Shown piece by piece: positions 27,776 through 37,057 of a stretch of DNA of 64,000 nt (its first letter is position 1; each line of letters begins with the position of its first letter). Source of the DNA: Candidatus Pacearchaeota archaeon (lineage in GTDB: Archaea > Nanobdellota > Nanobdellia > Pacearchaeales > GW2011-AR1). The notes beneath the pieces were generated by a model. It saw nothing but the letters and a program-made list of their open reading frames with translations. It made no database searches and was not told the DNA's origin. The translations under genes and the position numbers were made by a program. The stretch spans positions 1,529 to 65,528 of the forward strand of contig PBZO01000015.1 of assembly GCA_002731115.1 (NCBI GenBank). Direction: 5' to 3'.

Positions 27776-28438
27776 TTAGTTTTTAACACCAAACTCAAGA
27801 ATCAATCTTTCTTTTAAAATTCCATAATTTGTTATTGGCAAATTTATGGGGATTAATTTAAAATAAGCTTTATTCTTTGAAATAGCTTTTAATTCAATAC
27901 TATTTTCTAATTTAATTATTGAGATATCTTTTATTGATTTGATTCCTGGCATAAGGATTTCATAAATAACTTTATCTGAAAGTCTTCTTATATTGGTTGT
28001 TGGTTCAACTCGAGGTAAATTTGAGAATTTCTTTATATTATTCTGAGAAAATTGATTTAGAAAAATTTCTCTTATTTTTTCTCTCTTATTTTCTTGGGGT
28101 TGATTTCTAGAATCATTAAAATTTAATTTTTTCCCATTTATAAATAATTGAAAATTTGTTTTTGGTTGATTATCTTTTCTTTTTATCTCTTTTTCCATTT
28201 CTTTTTCAAGCATCTTCATTACACTTCCAATCATCTTATTTAGCATATTATTACCTCCCCCCCTAAAGATTGTTTTAGAAAGTTCCTCAAATTCATTTAG
28301 ATTATCATCTCTTCCCAACATTCCAAGGTCTCCTTCTTTTTTAGAATTTCCATTAACAAGATTTCCGCAATGAGGGCAAAAATCATACTTTTTGCTTACT
28401 TTTTCTCCACATTTTCTACATTCTTCTTTTTTAAACAT
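27776..28438 (-). CDS. Zinc-ribbon protein with a C-terminal alpha-crystallin (Hsp20)-like domain
   Basis: N-terminal CRKCG...CPHCG. The C-terminus VIYEILMPGIKSIKDISIIKLENSIELKAIS...LIPINLPI...GILKERLILEF resembles an ACD beta-sandwich. Tentative. Confidence 0.45.
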   Translation of the reverse strand: MFKKEECRKCGEKVSKKYDFCPHCGNLVNGNSKKEGDLGMLGRDDNLNEFEELSKTIFRGGGNNMLNKMIGSVMKMLEKEMEKEIKRKDNQPKTNFQLFINGKKLNFNDSRNQPQENKREKIREIFLNQFSQNNIKKFSNLPRVEPTTNIRRLSDKVIYEILMPGIKSIKDISIIKLENSIELKAISKNKAYFKLIPINLPITNYGILKERLILEFGVKN

Positions 28439-28534
28439 ATTTTAATTGAATTTTCTTTTATTTAAATAGTTTTTGATGATTTTATTCTTAGGAGGGATAG
28501 TTAGCTTTTTATATTTCTCTTTTCTGTGTGAATT

Positions 28535-29986
28535 ATGACAGAAAAATTTTATATTACAACAACAATTCCCTATGCAAATGCTTCTCCCCATATTGGTTTT
28601 GCATTAGAGATAGTTCAGGCAGATGTTTTGGCTAGATGGAATGGGCTTTTAGGGAAAGATGTTTTCTTTTTGACTGGAACAGATGAACATGGAACAAAAA
28701 ATTATCAAACTGCTAAGAAAAAGAAGCTAGATACTCAGAAATTTGTAGATAGAAATTCTAGGAAATTTAAGGAGTTAACTAAGGCTCTTAATATTTCAAA
28801 TAATTATTTTATTAAGACTACTGACAAAAAGATTCATTGGCCAGGTGTTATTAAGATCTGGAAAATTCTTTCTAATAAAGGGGATATTTACAAAAAGGAA
28901 TATAGTGGGAAATATTGTTCTGGTTGCGAGAGGTTTATTACTGAGAAAGATTTGAAAGACGGAAAATGTCTAGACCATCCAAATTTAGAAATACAAGATA
29001 TCGCAGAAGAAAATTATTTTTTTAGATTATCTAAATATTCAGATAAGATTAAGAGATTAATAGAAACAGATAGATTAAAAATTAGTCCTAAAAAATGGAA
29101 GAATAATTTTCTTGGATTAATTAATGAAGGGTTAACTGATGTTAGTTTTTCTAGAGAGAAAAAACATCTCTCTTGGGGGATTCCAGTTCCAGGAGATGAT
29201 AATCAAATTATGTATGTTTGGCCAGACGCACTTACAAATTATTTAACTGGTATTGGCTATCCAAATAAGAGATTTGAAAGATATTGGCCAGCAGATGTTC
29301 ATGTTGTTGGGAAAGATATGCTTAGGTTTCATACAGGTATTTTTCCAGGCATCTTACTTTCTGCAGGAATCCCTTTACCAAAGGAAGTTATTGTTCACGG
29401 ATTTCTAACTGTATCTGGTAGGAAAATGTCAAAGTCATTAGGAAATGTTGTTTCACCCTTAGAACTTAGAAAAAAATATAGTGCGGATACAATTAGGTAT
29501 TCTTTATTGAGAAGTATCCCTTTTGGAGATGATGGAGATTTCTCTGAAAGTGATTTAATTAATAGACATAATAATGAATTAGCTAATAAACTAGGAAATT
29601 TGATACAAAGAGTATCTGGTTTGATTGAAAAAAATGGAATAGAAAAGACAAAAAATAAATTGCTTAAAAAACTAAGATTAAAACAAATAGAGAGATTATT
29701 TGATAATTATGAGTTTGATAAGGCATTAAATGAGATTTTTGCATTTATTGATATTTGTAATGAGTATGTTCAAAATAAAAAGCCATGGGAGACTAAAGAT
29801 AAAAAGATTCTTTATGAATTAGCTGATTCAATTAAATCAATTACAATTTTACTTTCTCCATTTATTCCTGAATCTACAGAAAAAATTTCAAAGCAGTTTA
29901 AATTTAAGATTAGTTTTGATGAAATTAAAAAACCCTTAAAGATCTCTAAGATGAAAAAAGGAGATATTTTATTTAGAAAAATTTAA
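28535..29986 (+). CDS. metG: Methionyl-tRNA synthetase (short form, no C-terminal tRNA-binding appendix)
   Basis: IPYANASPHIGFALE (HIGH region), a CSGCERF...C knuckle, KMSKS (GRKMSKSLGN) and the anticodon-domain W (KKPWE). Confidence 0.9.
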   Translation: MTEKFYITTTIPYANASPHIGFALEIVQADVLARWNGLLGKDVFFLTGTDEHGTKNYQTAKKKKLDTQKFVDRNSRKFKELTKALNISNNYFIKTTDKKIHWPGVIKIWKILSNKGDIYKKEYSGKYCSGCERFITEKDLKDGKCLDHPNLEIQDIAEENYFFRLSKYSDKIKRLIETDRLKISPKKWKNNFLGLINEGLTDVSFSREKKHLSWGIPVPGDDNQIMYVWPDALTNYLTGIGYPNKRFERYWPADVHVVGKDMLRFHTGIFPGILLSAGIPLPKEVIVHGFLTVSGRKMSKSLGNVVSPLELRKKYSADTIRYSLLRSIPFGDDGDFSESDLINRHNNELANKLGNLIQRVSGLIEKNGIEKTKNKLLKKLRLKQIERLFDNYEFDKALNEIFAFIDICNEYVQNKKPWETKDKKILYELADSIKSITILLSPFIPESTEKISKQFKFKISFDEIKKPLKISKMKKGDILFRKI

Positions 29987-30009
29987 AGTAGAAAGAAGAT
30001 ATTCGGAAG

Positions 30010-30441
30010 ATGAAAAATCGCTTGGATTTTAAAATTTTTAGACGGCCAGAAAAAGAAAAGTTAAAACATAGAAGTTTAATAGATCAATATATTGAAGATA
30101 TGATTTTTGAGTATAAAGGAAAAAAATATATTATTATGTTTAGTGCTGAATTAAATTCAAGGAAAGCTAATTCATTAAACATCTATGCAACAGTTCCCGG
30201 AGCTATATATGGGAAAGAGAAAAATATAGAAGAGAAGATTATTTCTAAAGGAGTTAAAGTTCTCCCTGTAAAAAGTGGGAAAAGGAAAAATATAACTCTT
30301 TTTTTGAGAGAAGAATATGAAGGATATAAGATATCTAAGACTATAATTATTCCAAAGATATTTGAAGTTAAATTTTGGCCAAGAAAGAATAATCCTTATC
30401 TTGAACAAATTAAGAAAGGAGATTTAACTCTTCAGTCCTAA
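30010..30441 (+). CDS. Hypothetical protein
   Basis: 143-aa ORF with typical local codon usage. Its 3' end overlaps convergent minD by 18 nt. No family recognised. Confidence 0.45.
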   Translation: MKNRLDFKIFRRPEKEKLKHRSLIDQYIEDMIFEYKGKKYIIMFSAELNSRKANSLNIYATVPGAIYGKEKNIEEKIISKGVKVLPVKSGKRKNITLFLREEYEGYKISKTIIIPKIFEVKFWPRKNNPYLEQIKKGDLTLQS

Positions 30442-31200
30442 TTTCTTAAGAATCATTTCCATTAATTTTTCTTTATCCTGATCTGAATCATAATCTACCC
30501 CTACAATTTTTGCTGCTATTTCCTTATATGCTCTTGCAGGTTTGCTTCTTGGATGGGTATGAACAACAGCATCTTTTAGACTTAATGATTTTTGAATATC
30601 AATATCTTCTGGAATCATTCCAAGAATTGGGACTTCCAACATTTCTTTTACTGTTTCTGGTTGCATTTCTATATTATTATTTTTAACTTTGGTCATGATA
30701 ACTCCTAAAACTGGTTTTTTTAATTGTTCTGCAAGTTTTATTGTTTTCAATGCATCTGTAATTGCAGGCATTTCAGGATTTGTTACAAGTATTAGTTCAT
30801 CTGCCATTTTAATTACAGATATTGCTTCATCACCGAGTCCTGCAGCACTATCAATAATAACATATCTTGAAATTTTCCTAAAATCTTTTCTAAGACTTTT
30901 CATTTTCTCCGGATTTATTTTTTTTAATTCATTTATTGATAAGGAAGAGGGAAGAATTTTTATTCCTGATTCATGTTCATAAATTGCTTCAGAAAGATCT
31001 GCTTTTTCTGATAATACATGATTTAAACTTACTGGAACCTCTGGAGAACCTAAATGAATTCCTACATTCGGTGTTGTTAAATTTCCATCAACGACCAAAA
31101 CATTTCTGCCGAAGTGATTTACAGCCGCACCTAAGTTTATTGCACTTGTTGTTTTACCAACTCCCCCTTTTCCAGATGTTATTACAATTAATTTTTTCAT
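30424..31200 (-). CDS. minD: MinD/ParA-family P-loop ATPase
   Basis: Deviant Walker A SGKGGVGKTT and an archaeal MinD-like layout. 258 aa. Confidence 0.8.
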   Translation of the reverse strand: MKKLIVITSGKGGVGKTTSAINLGAAVNHFGRNVLVVDGNLTTPNVGIHLGSPEVPVSLNHVLSEKADLSEAIYEHESGIKILPSSLSINELKKINPEKMKSLRKDFRKISRYVIIDSAAGLGDEAISVIKMADELILVTNPEMPAITDALKTIKLAEQLKKPVLGVIMTKVKNNNIEMQPETVKEMLEVPILGMIPEDIDIQKSLSLKDAVVHTHPRSKPARAYKEIAAKIVGVDYDSDQDKEKLMEMILKKLGLKS

Positions 31201-31230
31201 TTTTAAGTTTAATTCAGAAGTTTTAACCTT

Positions 31231-31671
31231 CTATTTTAAAAGAAATTGTTTTGTAGTACTTATAAACTTTTCCAACCTATCAGCATAAATTTTTAATAGC
31301 TCCAAATTTATATTTATTTCTTTTCCTCTGTAAAATACTCTTAGTGTAACATTTTTTCTAAATTCTCCAATTCTTTCTTTTCTTAATTCTTCAATTTTTC
31401 TGAACATTTCATACATATTTATTACTTCTAGGAAATTCTTATCTTTTTTAAACAATTTTCTAACTTGTTCTATCTTCTTTATTGGATTTAATGGTACTGA
31501 AGAAATCTTTTTTTTCTTTTTTGCATGCTTCATTATCTTATCAATACTTGTATCAATCAATCTTCTCCATCTTATAATTAAGTTAGTTATAACATCGCAG
31601 GTTTTTGTATATTTCAAACTAACATAGAGGAGATGATCTGCACTTATCTTTTCCTGAATTATTTCTTCCAT
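31231..31671 (-). CDS. Hypothetical helical protein upstream of minD
   Basis: 146 aa, all-helical and Lys-rich, 30 nt upstream of minD on the same strand. No family recognised. Confidence 0.5.
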   Translation of the reverse strand: MEEIIQEKISADHLLYVSLKYTKTCDVITNLIIRWRRLIDTSIDKIMKHAKKKKKISSVPLNPIKKIEQVRKLFKKDKNFLEVINMYEMFRKIEELRKERIGEFRKNVTLRVFYRGKEININLELLKIYADRLEKFISTTKQFLLK

Positions 31672-31764
31672 ATTTTTTAGGCTTCTATTAAATATCTAAA
31701 TTAGAAGTATAACATTCTAAGATTAAGGGGTTTTTATATTTATCTCAGATTTGGTAGAATATAG

Positions 31765-32097
31765 TTATTTACTTAATTCTAAGATTGCTTCTGCTAGATC
31801 TCCTGTTTTTTCTAAAGCATCTCTAGCTTCAGACTCGGATTTTCCTGTTTGATCTCTTATTGTTTTTATATCTGTTTCCGATATCTGAGGTTTAGAACTT
31901 TCCTCTTTTATCTCTCCTGTAATCTGGAAAGTTTCTTTACCTTGCATACTTATTTTTGCAACAGCAGGATTATCAATTATTATTCTACTATTATCTGTTT
32001 TTTCGATTATTACTCTTAATGCTTCAATATCAATTTGTTCCATTCCCATCTGTTTCATTAATGCCTGCATCTTTTTTGGGTTTAATCCACCTAACAT
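31765..32097 (-). CDS. nac: Nascent polypeptide-associated complex protein (NAC alpha homolog)
   Basis: The N-terminus MLGGLNPKKMQALMKQMGM, a NAC beta-barrel segment and a C-terminal UBA-like ARDALEKTGDLAEAILEL. Confidence 0.8.
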   Translation of the reverse strand: MLGGLNPKKMQALMKQMGMEQIDIEALRVIIEKTDNSRIIIDNPAVAKISMQGKETFQITGEIKEESSKPQISETDIKTIRDQTGKSESEARDALEKTGDLAEAILELSK

Positions 32098-32098
32098 T

Positions 32099-32260
32099 TT
32101 AATAAATTACTCCTAGGAAAATTCTAAATATCACAATTAATGCGATAAATACAATTACATGAGTTGGTTTTAAGTTAAATATACTATCATATTCTTCACT
32201 AAATCTTGTAAGTCCTCCAAATCCTCCTGGAAGATTTACTCCTGCATCTTGATTTGCCAT
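32099..32260 (-). CDS. secG: Preprotein translocase subunit Sec61-beta (SecG), 53 aa
   Basis: Missing from the ORF track. MANQDAGVNLPGGFGGLTRFSEEYDSIFNLKPTHVIVFIALIVIFRIFLGVIY has the GGL.RF motif plus one C-terminal TM. The stop abuts the nac start. Confidence 0.6.
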   Translation of the reverse strand: MANQDAGVNLPGGFGGLTRFSEEYDSIFNLKPTHVIVFIALIVIFRIFLGVIY

Positions 32261-32334
32261 AATTTTTAAATGGATTAAAGGTATAAAAGGTTTTTGTAAG
32301 AAAAGTTTATAATGATAATTTCTGTAATATTAAT

Positions 32335-34704
32335 ATGGGTTTGAAAGATATTAAAAATTGGAATGTTGAAGTTGAGAAGAAAATTACAGACAAGTGGAAA
32401 AAAGAAGAATCATTTAAATTTAATGATAAAACAAGAAAGAAGATTTATTCAATTGATACTCCTCCGCCATATGTTAATGCTCCAGTTCATATAGGACAAG
32501 CAATTACTTATTGTTATATGGATTTTTTTGCTCGTTACAAAAGAATGAAAGGGTTTGAGGTAATATTTCCCTTAGGACTCGATAGAAATGGTCTTCCGAT
32601 TGAAATGGCAGCAGAAAAGAAATTCAATATCTCTCCGTTTAAAGTTGGACGAGAAAAATTTATTAAATATTGTGAAAAACTTCTTAATGAAACTTCTTCA
32701 CAAACATCAGATACATTTGCAAAATTAGGAATCTCATTTACATCTTATAAAGAAGGAAATCATATTGGAGGAATTTATCATACAGATTCTCCTGAATATC
32801 GTGCATTAACACAAGCAACATTTATTGATTTGTATAAAAAAGGGATTATCTACGAGGATACAAGAATAAATAATTGGGATACAAAACTTCAAACAACTAT
32901 TGCAGATTCTGAAATAGAATATAAGGATATAGAGTCAATTTTTAGTGATATTAAGTGGATTGTTAAGGAAACAGGAGAGGAAATTGTTATTGCAACTACA
33001 AGGCCTGAATTAATTTGTACTTGTGGCATGGTTATATTTCATCCAGATGATAAGAGATATAAACAACTTGAGGGGAAGACTGCAATTACTCCTTTATTTA
33101 ATAAAGAAATACCAATTAAATCTCATCCTATTGCAGATCCTGAAAAAGGAACAGGTATTGTTATGATGTGTTCTGCAGGAGATATTTCAGATATTCAGTT
33201 TTTTAGAGAGATGAATCTTAAGCCAAAAATTGCAATAAACAAAGACGGAACTATGAATGAATATGCAGGTATGTTAAAAGGATTAAAAGTCAGGGATGCA
33301 AGAGAAAAAATAGTTGAAGTATTAAAATCTAAAAATCTAATAAAAAAACAAGAAAAAATATCTCATAGAACTCCCATTTCAGAAAGATCAGGGAGAGAAA
33401 TTGAGTTTATTGAGATGCCTGAATTTTATTTAAAACAATTAGAAGTAAAAGATAAAATCAGAAAAATTGCAAAAGATATAAATTTTTATCCAAGAGAGTC
33501 AAAAAGAATCTTAGATAATTGGATTGATTCAATTTCAATAGATTGGCCAATTTCAAGAAGAAGATTTTATGCAACACCAATTCCTCTCTGGAAGTCTGAA
33601 GATAATCTAATAGTTATCCCCAAGGAAGGAAAATATTATGTTCCATGGAAACAATCTCCTCCAAAGGATGCAGATGTTTTAAAAGATGGGAAAATTGTAA
33701 AAAAAATTAAGGATTTTAAGAATAAAAAATGGATTGGAGAAAAAAGAGTTTTTGATACTTGGATGGATTCTTCAATTTCTGAACTTGCGATATTAAAATA
33801 TAAATCAGATGATAAATTTTTCAAGAAAGCTTATCCCGCAACATTAAGGCCCCAAGGAAAAGAAATTCTTAGGACTTGGCTTTATTATACTCTTTTAAGA
33901 GGATATTTAGAAACAAAAAAGACTTGTTTTAAGGATGTTTGGATTCATCAGCTTATCTTAGATGAAAAAGGAAGAAAAATGTCAAAGTCCTTGGGTAATG
34001 TAATTAATCCTCAAGAACTTCTAAAAGATTATGGAGCAGAAGCAATTAGGATCTGGTCTTCAATTGAAGGAGATTTATCTAAGAAAGATCTTGCATGCTC
34101 AAAAGAAAAGATTAGAGCTGAATTAAAAACACTAAATAAGATATTAAATGTATCAAAGTTTGTTATGTTGTTTAATAAACCTAATAAAAAACCAAAGTTA
34201 AGCAATTTAGATAAATTGTTTATTGATTATATAGAATCCTTAACTAAGGAATTTGATAAATCTTATGAGATCTATGATTTTCATCATCCAGCTTTAAAAC
34301 TTAGGAGATTTTTATGGGAAATATTCGCATCTCACTATATAGAAATAGTTAAAGCAAGAACATATAATAATGAAAATAAATTTACTAAGGAGGAAACAGA
34401 ATCTGCTAAATATACTTTACATTTCTTACTCGAAAGATTTTTAATTTTAATTTATCCGATTCTCCCTCAAATTACAACTTTTATTGCAAAAGAAAAAAAT
34501 ATTGATTTATCAAAATTTCCAGAATCTAAAAAAATAAATTCTAATCTAAGTTTAATTGATGAATTAATGAAATTTAATAGTGAGATTTGGAAAAAGAAGA
34601 AAGATAAAGGTATAAGTCTAAGATCTGAGATAAAAGGGATTTCTATTCCTAAAAATTTAAAAGAGTTTGAAGAAGATTTAATTGTTGCCCATAATATTGT
34701 TTAA
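32335..34704 (+). CDS. valS: Valyl-tRNA synthetase
   Basis: PPPYVNAPVHIGQA (HIGH region), a CP1 editing domain (TTRPELI, GTGIVMMCSAGDISD), DWPISRRRFYATPIP and KMSKS. 789 aa. Confidence 0.75.
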   Translation: MGLKDIKNWNVEVEKKITDKWKKEESFKFNDKTRKKIYSIDTPPPYVNAPVHIGQAITYCYMDFFARYKRMKGFEVIFPLGLDRNGLPIEMAAEKKFNISPFKVGREKFIKYCEKLLNETSSQTSDTFAKLGISFTSYKEGNHIGGIYHTDSPEYRALTQATFIDLYKKGIIYEDTRINNWDTKLQTTIADSEIEYKDIESIFSDIKWIVKETGEEIVIATTRPELICTCGMVIFHPDDKRYKQLEGKTAITPLFNKEIPIKSHPIADPEKGTGIVMMCSAGDISDIQFFREMNLKPKIAINKDGTMNEYAGMLKGLKVRDAREKIVEVLKSKNLIKKQEKISHRTPISERSGREIEFIEMPEFYLKQLEVKDKIRKIAKDINFYPRESKRILDNWIDSISIDWPISRRRFYATPIPLWKSEDNLIVIPKEGKYYVPWKQSPPKDADVLKDGKIVKKIKDFKNKKWIGEKRVFDTWMDSSISELAILKYKSDDKFFKKAYPATLRPQGKEILRTWLYYTLLRGYLETKKTCFKDVWIHQLILDEKGRKMSKSLGNVINPQELLKDYGAEAIRIWSSIEGDLSKKDLACSKEKIRAELKTLNKILNVSKFVMLFNKPNKKPKLSNLDKLFIDYIESLTKEFDKSYEIYDFHHPALKLRRFLWEIFASHYIEIVKARTYNNENKFTKEETESAKYTLHFLLERFLILIYPILPQITTFIAKEKNIDLSKFPESKKINSNLSLIDELMKFNSEIWKKKKDKGISLRSEIKGISIPKNLKEFEEDLIVAHNIV

Positions 34705-34776
34705 TCTTATATTATTAAAAAGCAATTTTAATTCAATTTAACCAAATTTTATAAACATCTCTTTTTTCTATAAATC

Positions 34777-35880
34777 ATGACGCAACTAACTAAATTAGAA
34801 CTTGAAGAAATAGTAGAACAACTTGGAGAATACAAGGGAAGACATACTGAGCTAATTAGTGTTTACATTTCTTCAGGATATGATGTAAATTCTGTTCAAA
34901 AACAACTTGAAGCAGAAAAATCAACTGCAAAAAACATAAAATCAACTGCAACAAGAAAGAATGTTAGTGATGCTTTAGATAAAATAGTAAGACACTTAAA
35001 AACACTTAAAAGAACACCCAAAAATGGGCTTGCATTATTTTGTGGGAATGTATCTAAAAAAGAAGGCCAAGATGATCTACAACTATGGGATATTGAACCT
35101 CCAATGCCTCTAAAGGTTAGATTATATAGATGTGATAAAGAATTTGTTTTAGATACATTAAAAGAACAATTAGAAATCTCTGAAGTTTTTGGACTTTTAG
35201 TAATGGATAGAAAAGAAGCAACAATCGGATTGCTCGAAGGCAAAAGAATAGAAGTCTTGCAAAAGATGACTTCAGGTATTCCTGGCAAGGTTAGGGCTGG
35301 AGGCCAATCATCTCAAAGATTTCACAGAATCACAGAAGGATTAACTAAGGAATTCTATAAAAGAATTGCAGATGAAATGAGAAAAATATTTTTTGATAAT
35401 AAAAGATTAAAAGGTATTTTAGTTGGAGGACCAATTCCTACAAAAGATGAGTTTCTAGATGGAAAATATATGGTTACAAAATTAAGTGAAAATGTTATTG
35501 GAAGAATAGATATTGGTAATTCTGATGAATCTGGATTAAAAGAGCTTGTTGAAAAGTCTAAGGAGATTTTATCTAATCAAGAGATAATTTATGAAAAAAA
35601 ACTTTTAGAAAATTTCTTTGAAACATTAGGAGAAAAACCAGATATGGCTCTTTACAAGGAAGAACCTATTAGAAGAGCATTAGAATATGGGGCTGTTAAA
35701 ATTCTTCTTTTATCAAAAAAACTTGATAAAGATATTCTAAAAGATTTAAAAAGAAAGGCAAGAGATATGTCTTCTGTAGTTGAGATTATTTCTACAGATA
35801 CAGAAGAAGGAGACCAATTTCAAAAACTATCTGGAATTGGAGCTATTTTAAGATTTAAACTTGAGTTGAAATTTCTTTAA
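34777..35880 (+). CDS. prf1: Peptide chain release factor aRF1
   Basis: NIKS motif (TAKNIKS) and GGQ motif (RAGGQSSQRF). 367 aa. Confidence 0.85.
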   Translation: MTQLTKLELEEIVEQLGEYKGRHTELISVYISSGYDVNSVQKQLEAEKSTAKNIKSTATRKNVSDALDKIVRHLKTLKRTPKNGLALFCGNVSKKEGQDDLQLWDIEPPMPLKVRLYRCDKEFVLDTLKEQLEISEVFGLLVMDRKEATIGLLEGKRIEVLQKMTSGIPGKVRAGGQSSQRFHRITEGLTKEFYKRIADEMRKIFFDNKRLKGILVGGPIPTKDEFLDGKYMVTKLSENVIGRIDIGNSDESGLKELVEKSKEILSNQEIIYEKKLLENFFETLGEKPDMALYKEEPIRRALEYGAVKILLLSKKLDKDILKDLKRKARDMSSVVEIISTDTEEGDQFQKLSGIGAILRFKLELKFL

Positions 35881-36441
35881 TAAAAAATTAGTTAGATATA
35901 CCATAACAAACATTATCAAAAACCAAAATAGAGGATAATAAGGAATTCCTAGATTTAAACTTGTATGATAAACCCAATTTATATTCTGCCCATAATTAGT
36001 TAAAAGTCTACTAAGTATAAATAAAATCAAGATAATCAACATACTAAGTTTCCATGAATTCTTTGATTCAGACTTAATAAAACGGATAGTATAGAGTGCC
36101 AGAGGGATTGTGAAGAGGTGCTGGCTTGTTATAATCTTTGCCAAAATTGGTCCCGGTTCAAAAAAATAATCCGCAATATTTAATAGAGAATGTCCAAATA
36201 AGATATAATAGAAAAAATCAAAAGCCCAGATAATAAGGGGGATTGTCAAAATATTTAGTTGACTTTCTATTAAACCATGATTCCTTTTTAAAAAACCAAT
36301 TCCCATAATTGCCAGACCCCAATAGCAAAACCATAAAATATGTTGAGGACCATACCAAAACGAGGTATTAGTAATTGCAATTATTCCAAGGATGAAAAAT
36401 AATAATCCAACAATATTAATCATCAAGTCCTTATTCTTCAT
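35848..36441 (-). CDS. Hypothetical polytopic membrane protein
   Basis: 197 aa with about 6 TM helices. Its 3' end overlaps the convergent aRF1 gene by 33 nt. Confidence 0.5.
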   Translation of the reverse strand: MKNKDLMINIVGLLFFILGIIAITNTSFWYGPQHILWFCYWGLAIMGIGFLKRNHGLIESQLNILTIPLIIWAFDFFYYILFGHSLLNIADYFFEPGPILAKIITSQHLFTIPLALYTIRFIKSESKNSWKLSMLIILILFILSRLLTNYGQNINWVYHTSLNLGIPYYPLFWFLIMFVMVYLTNFLLKKFQLKFKS

Positions 36442-36513
36442 AATAAATCAAGCATTCTTTGTCTTAAATAGTTTATTAATAATCCTTTTAAACAACGTCC
36501 TCCTCTCTAAACA

Positions 36514-37053
36514 ATGGATGTTAGTAGTAAAACAATTAGTGAAATTGATGAATCCAAAGAAAAAGAGAATCTTAAAAAAATAGAGGCTGTTTTCTTTGTA
36601 TCCGGGAGATTTTTATCAATGCAGGAATTAATTTCCTTAACAGATTTAAATCCACTCATAATTAAAGAGTTAATAGAGAAACTTAAGGAAAAATATGAAG
36701 AAGACTCAGCAATTGAGATTATTGTGAAAAATAATTTGTGGAAAATGGATGTAAGACAAGAATATTCTTATATTATAAATAAATTAGCAACAGGATCTGC
36801 CGAGTTTTCAAAAGCAGAACAAGAGACTTTGGGAATTATTGCATATAAACACCCGATAAAACAGTCAGTTATAATTAAGATTCGTGGAAATAAAGCTTAT
36901 GATCATATTAAAAAATTTGTTGAACTCAATCTATTAAGAAAGAAAAAAATAGGTCATACTCATGAATTAAGTTTAAGCGATGATTTTTATGATTATTTTA
37001 ATATTAATGATTATGAAAACCCTTTGGGAAAAGTAGGGGAGTCTATAAAATAA
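36514..37053 (+). CDS. scpB: Segregation and condensation protein B homolog
   Basis: KIEAVFFVSGRFLSMQELISLT plus a second wH (EQETLGIIAYKHPIKQSVIIKIRG), the tandem winged-helix layout of ScpB. Confidence 0.6.
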   Translation: MDVSSKTISEIDESKEKENLKKIEAVFFVSGRFLSMQELISLTDLNPLIIKELIEKLKEKYEEDSAIEIIVKNNLWKMDVRQEYSYIINKLATGSAEFSKAEQETLGIIAYKHPIKQSVIIKIRGNKAYDHIKKFVELNLLRKKKIGHTHELSLSDDFYDYFNINDYENPLGKVGESIK

Positions 37054-37057
37054 TAAA

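Noticed and set aside
28439-28534. TGATGA-containing spacer upstream of metG, considered as an sRNA.
   Set aside because: No D box and no flanking terminal stem. The spacer is more simply the divergent promoter region for metG and the Zn-ribbon/ACD gene.
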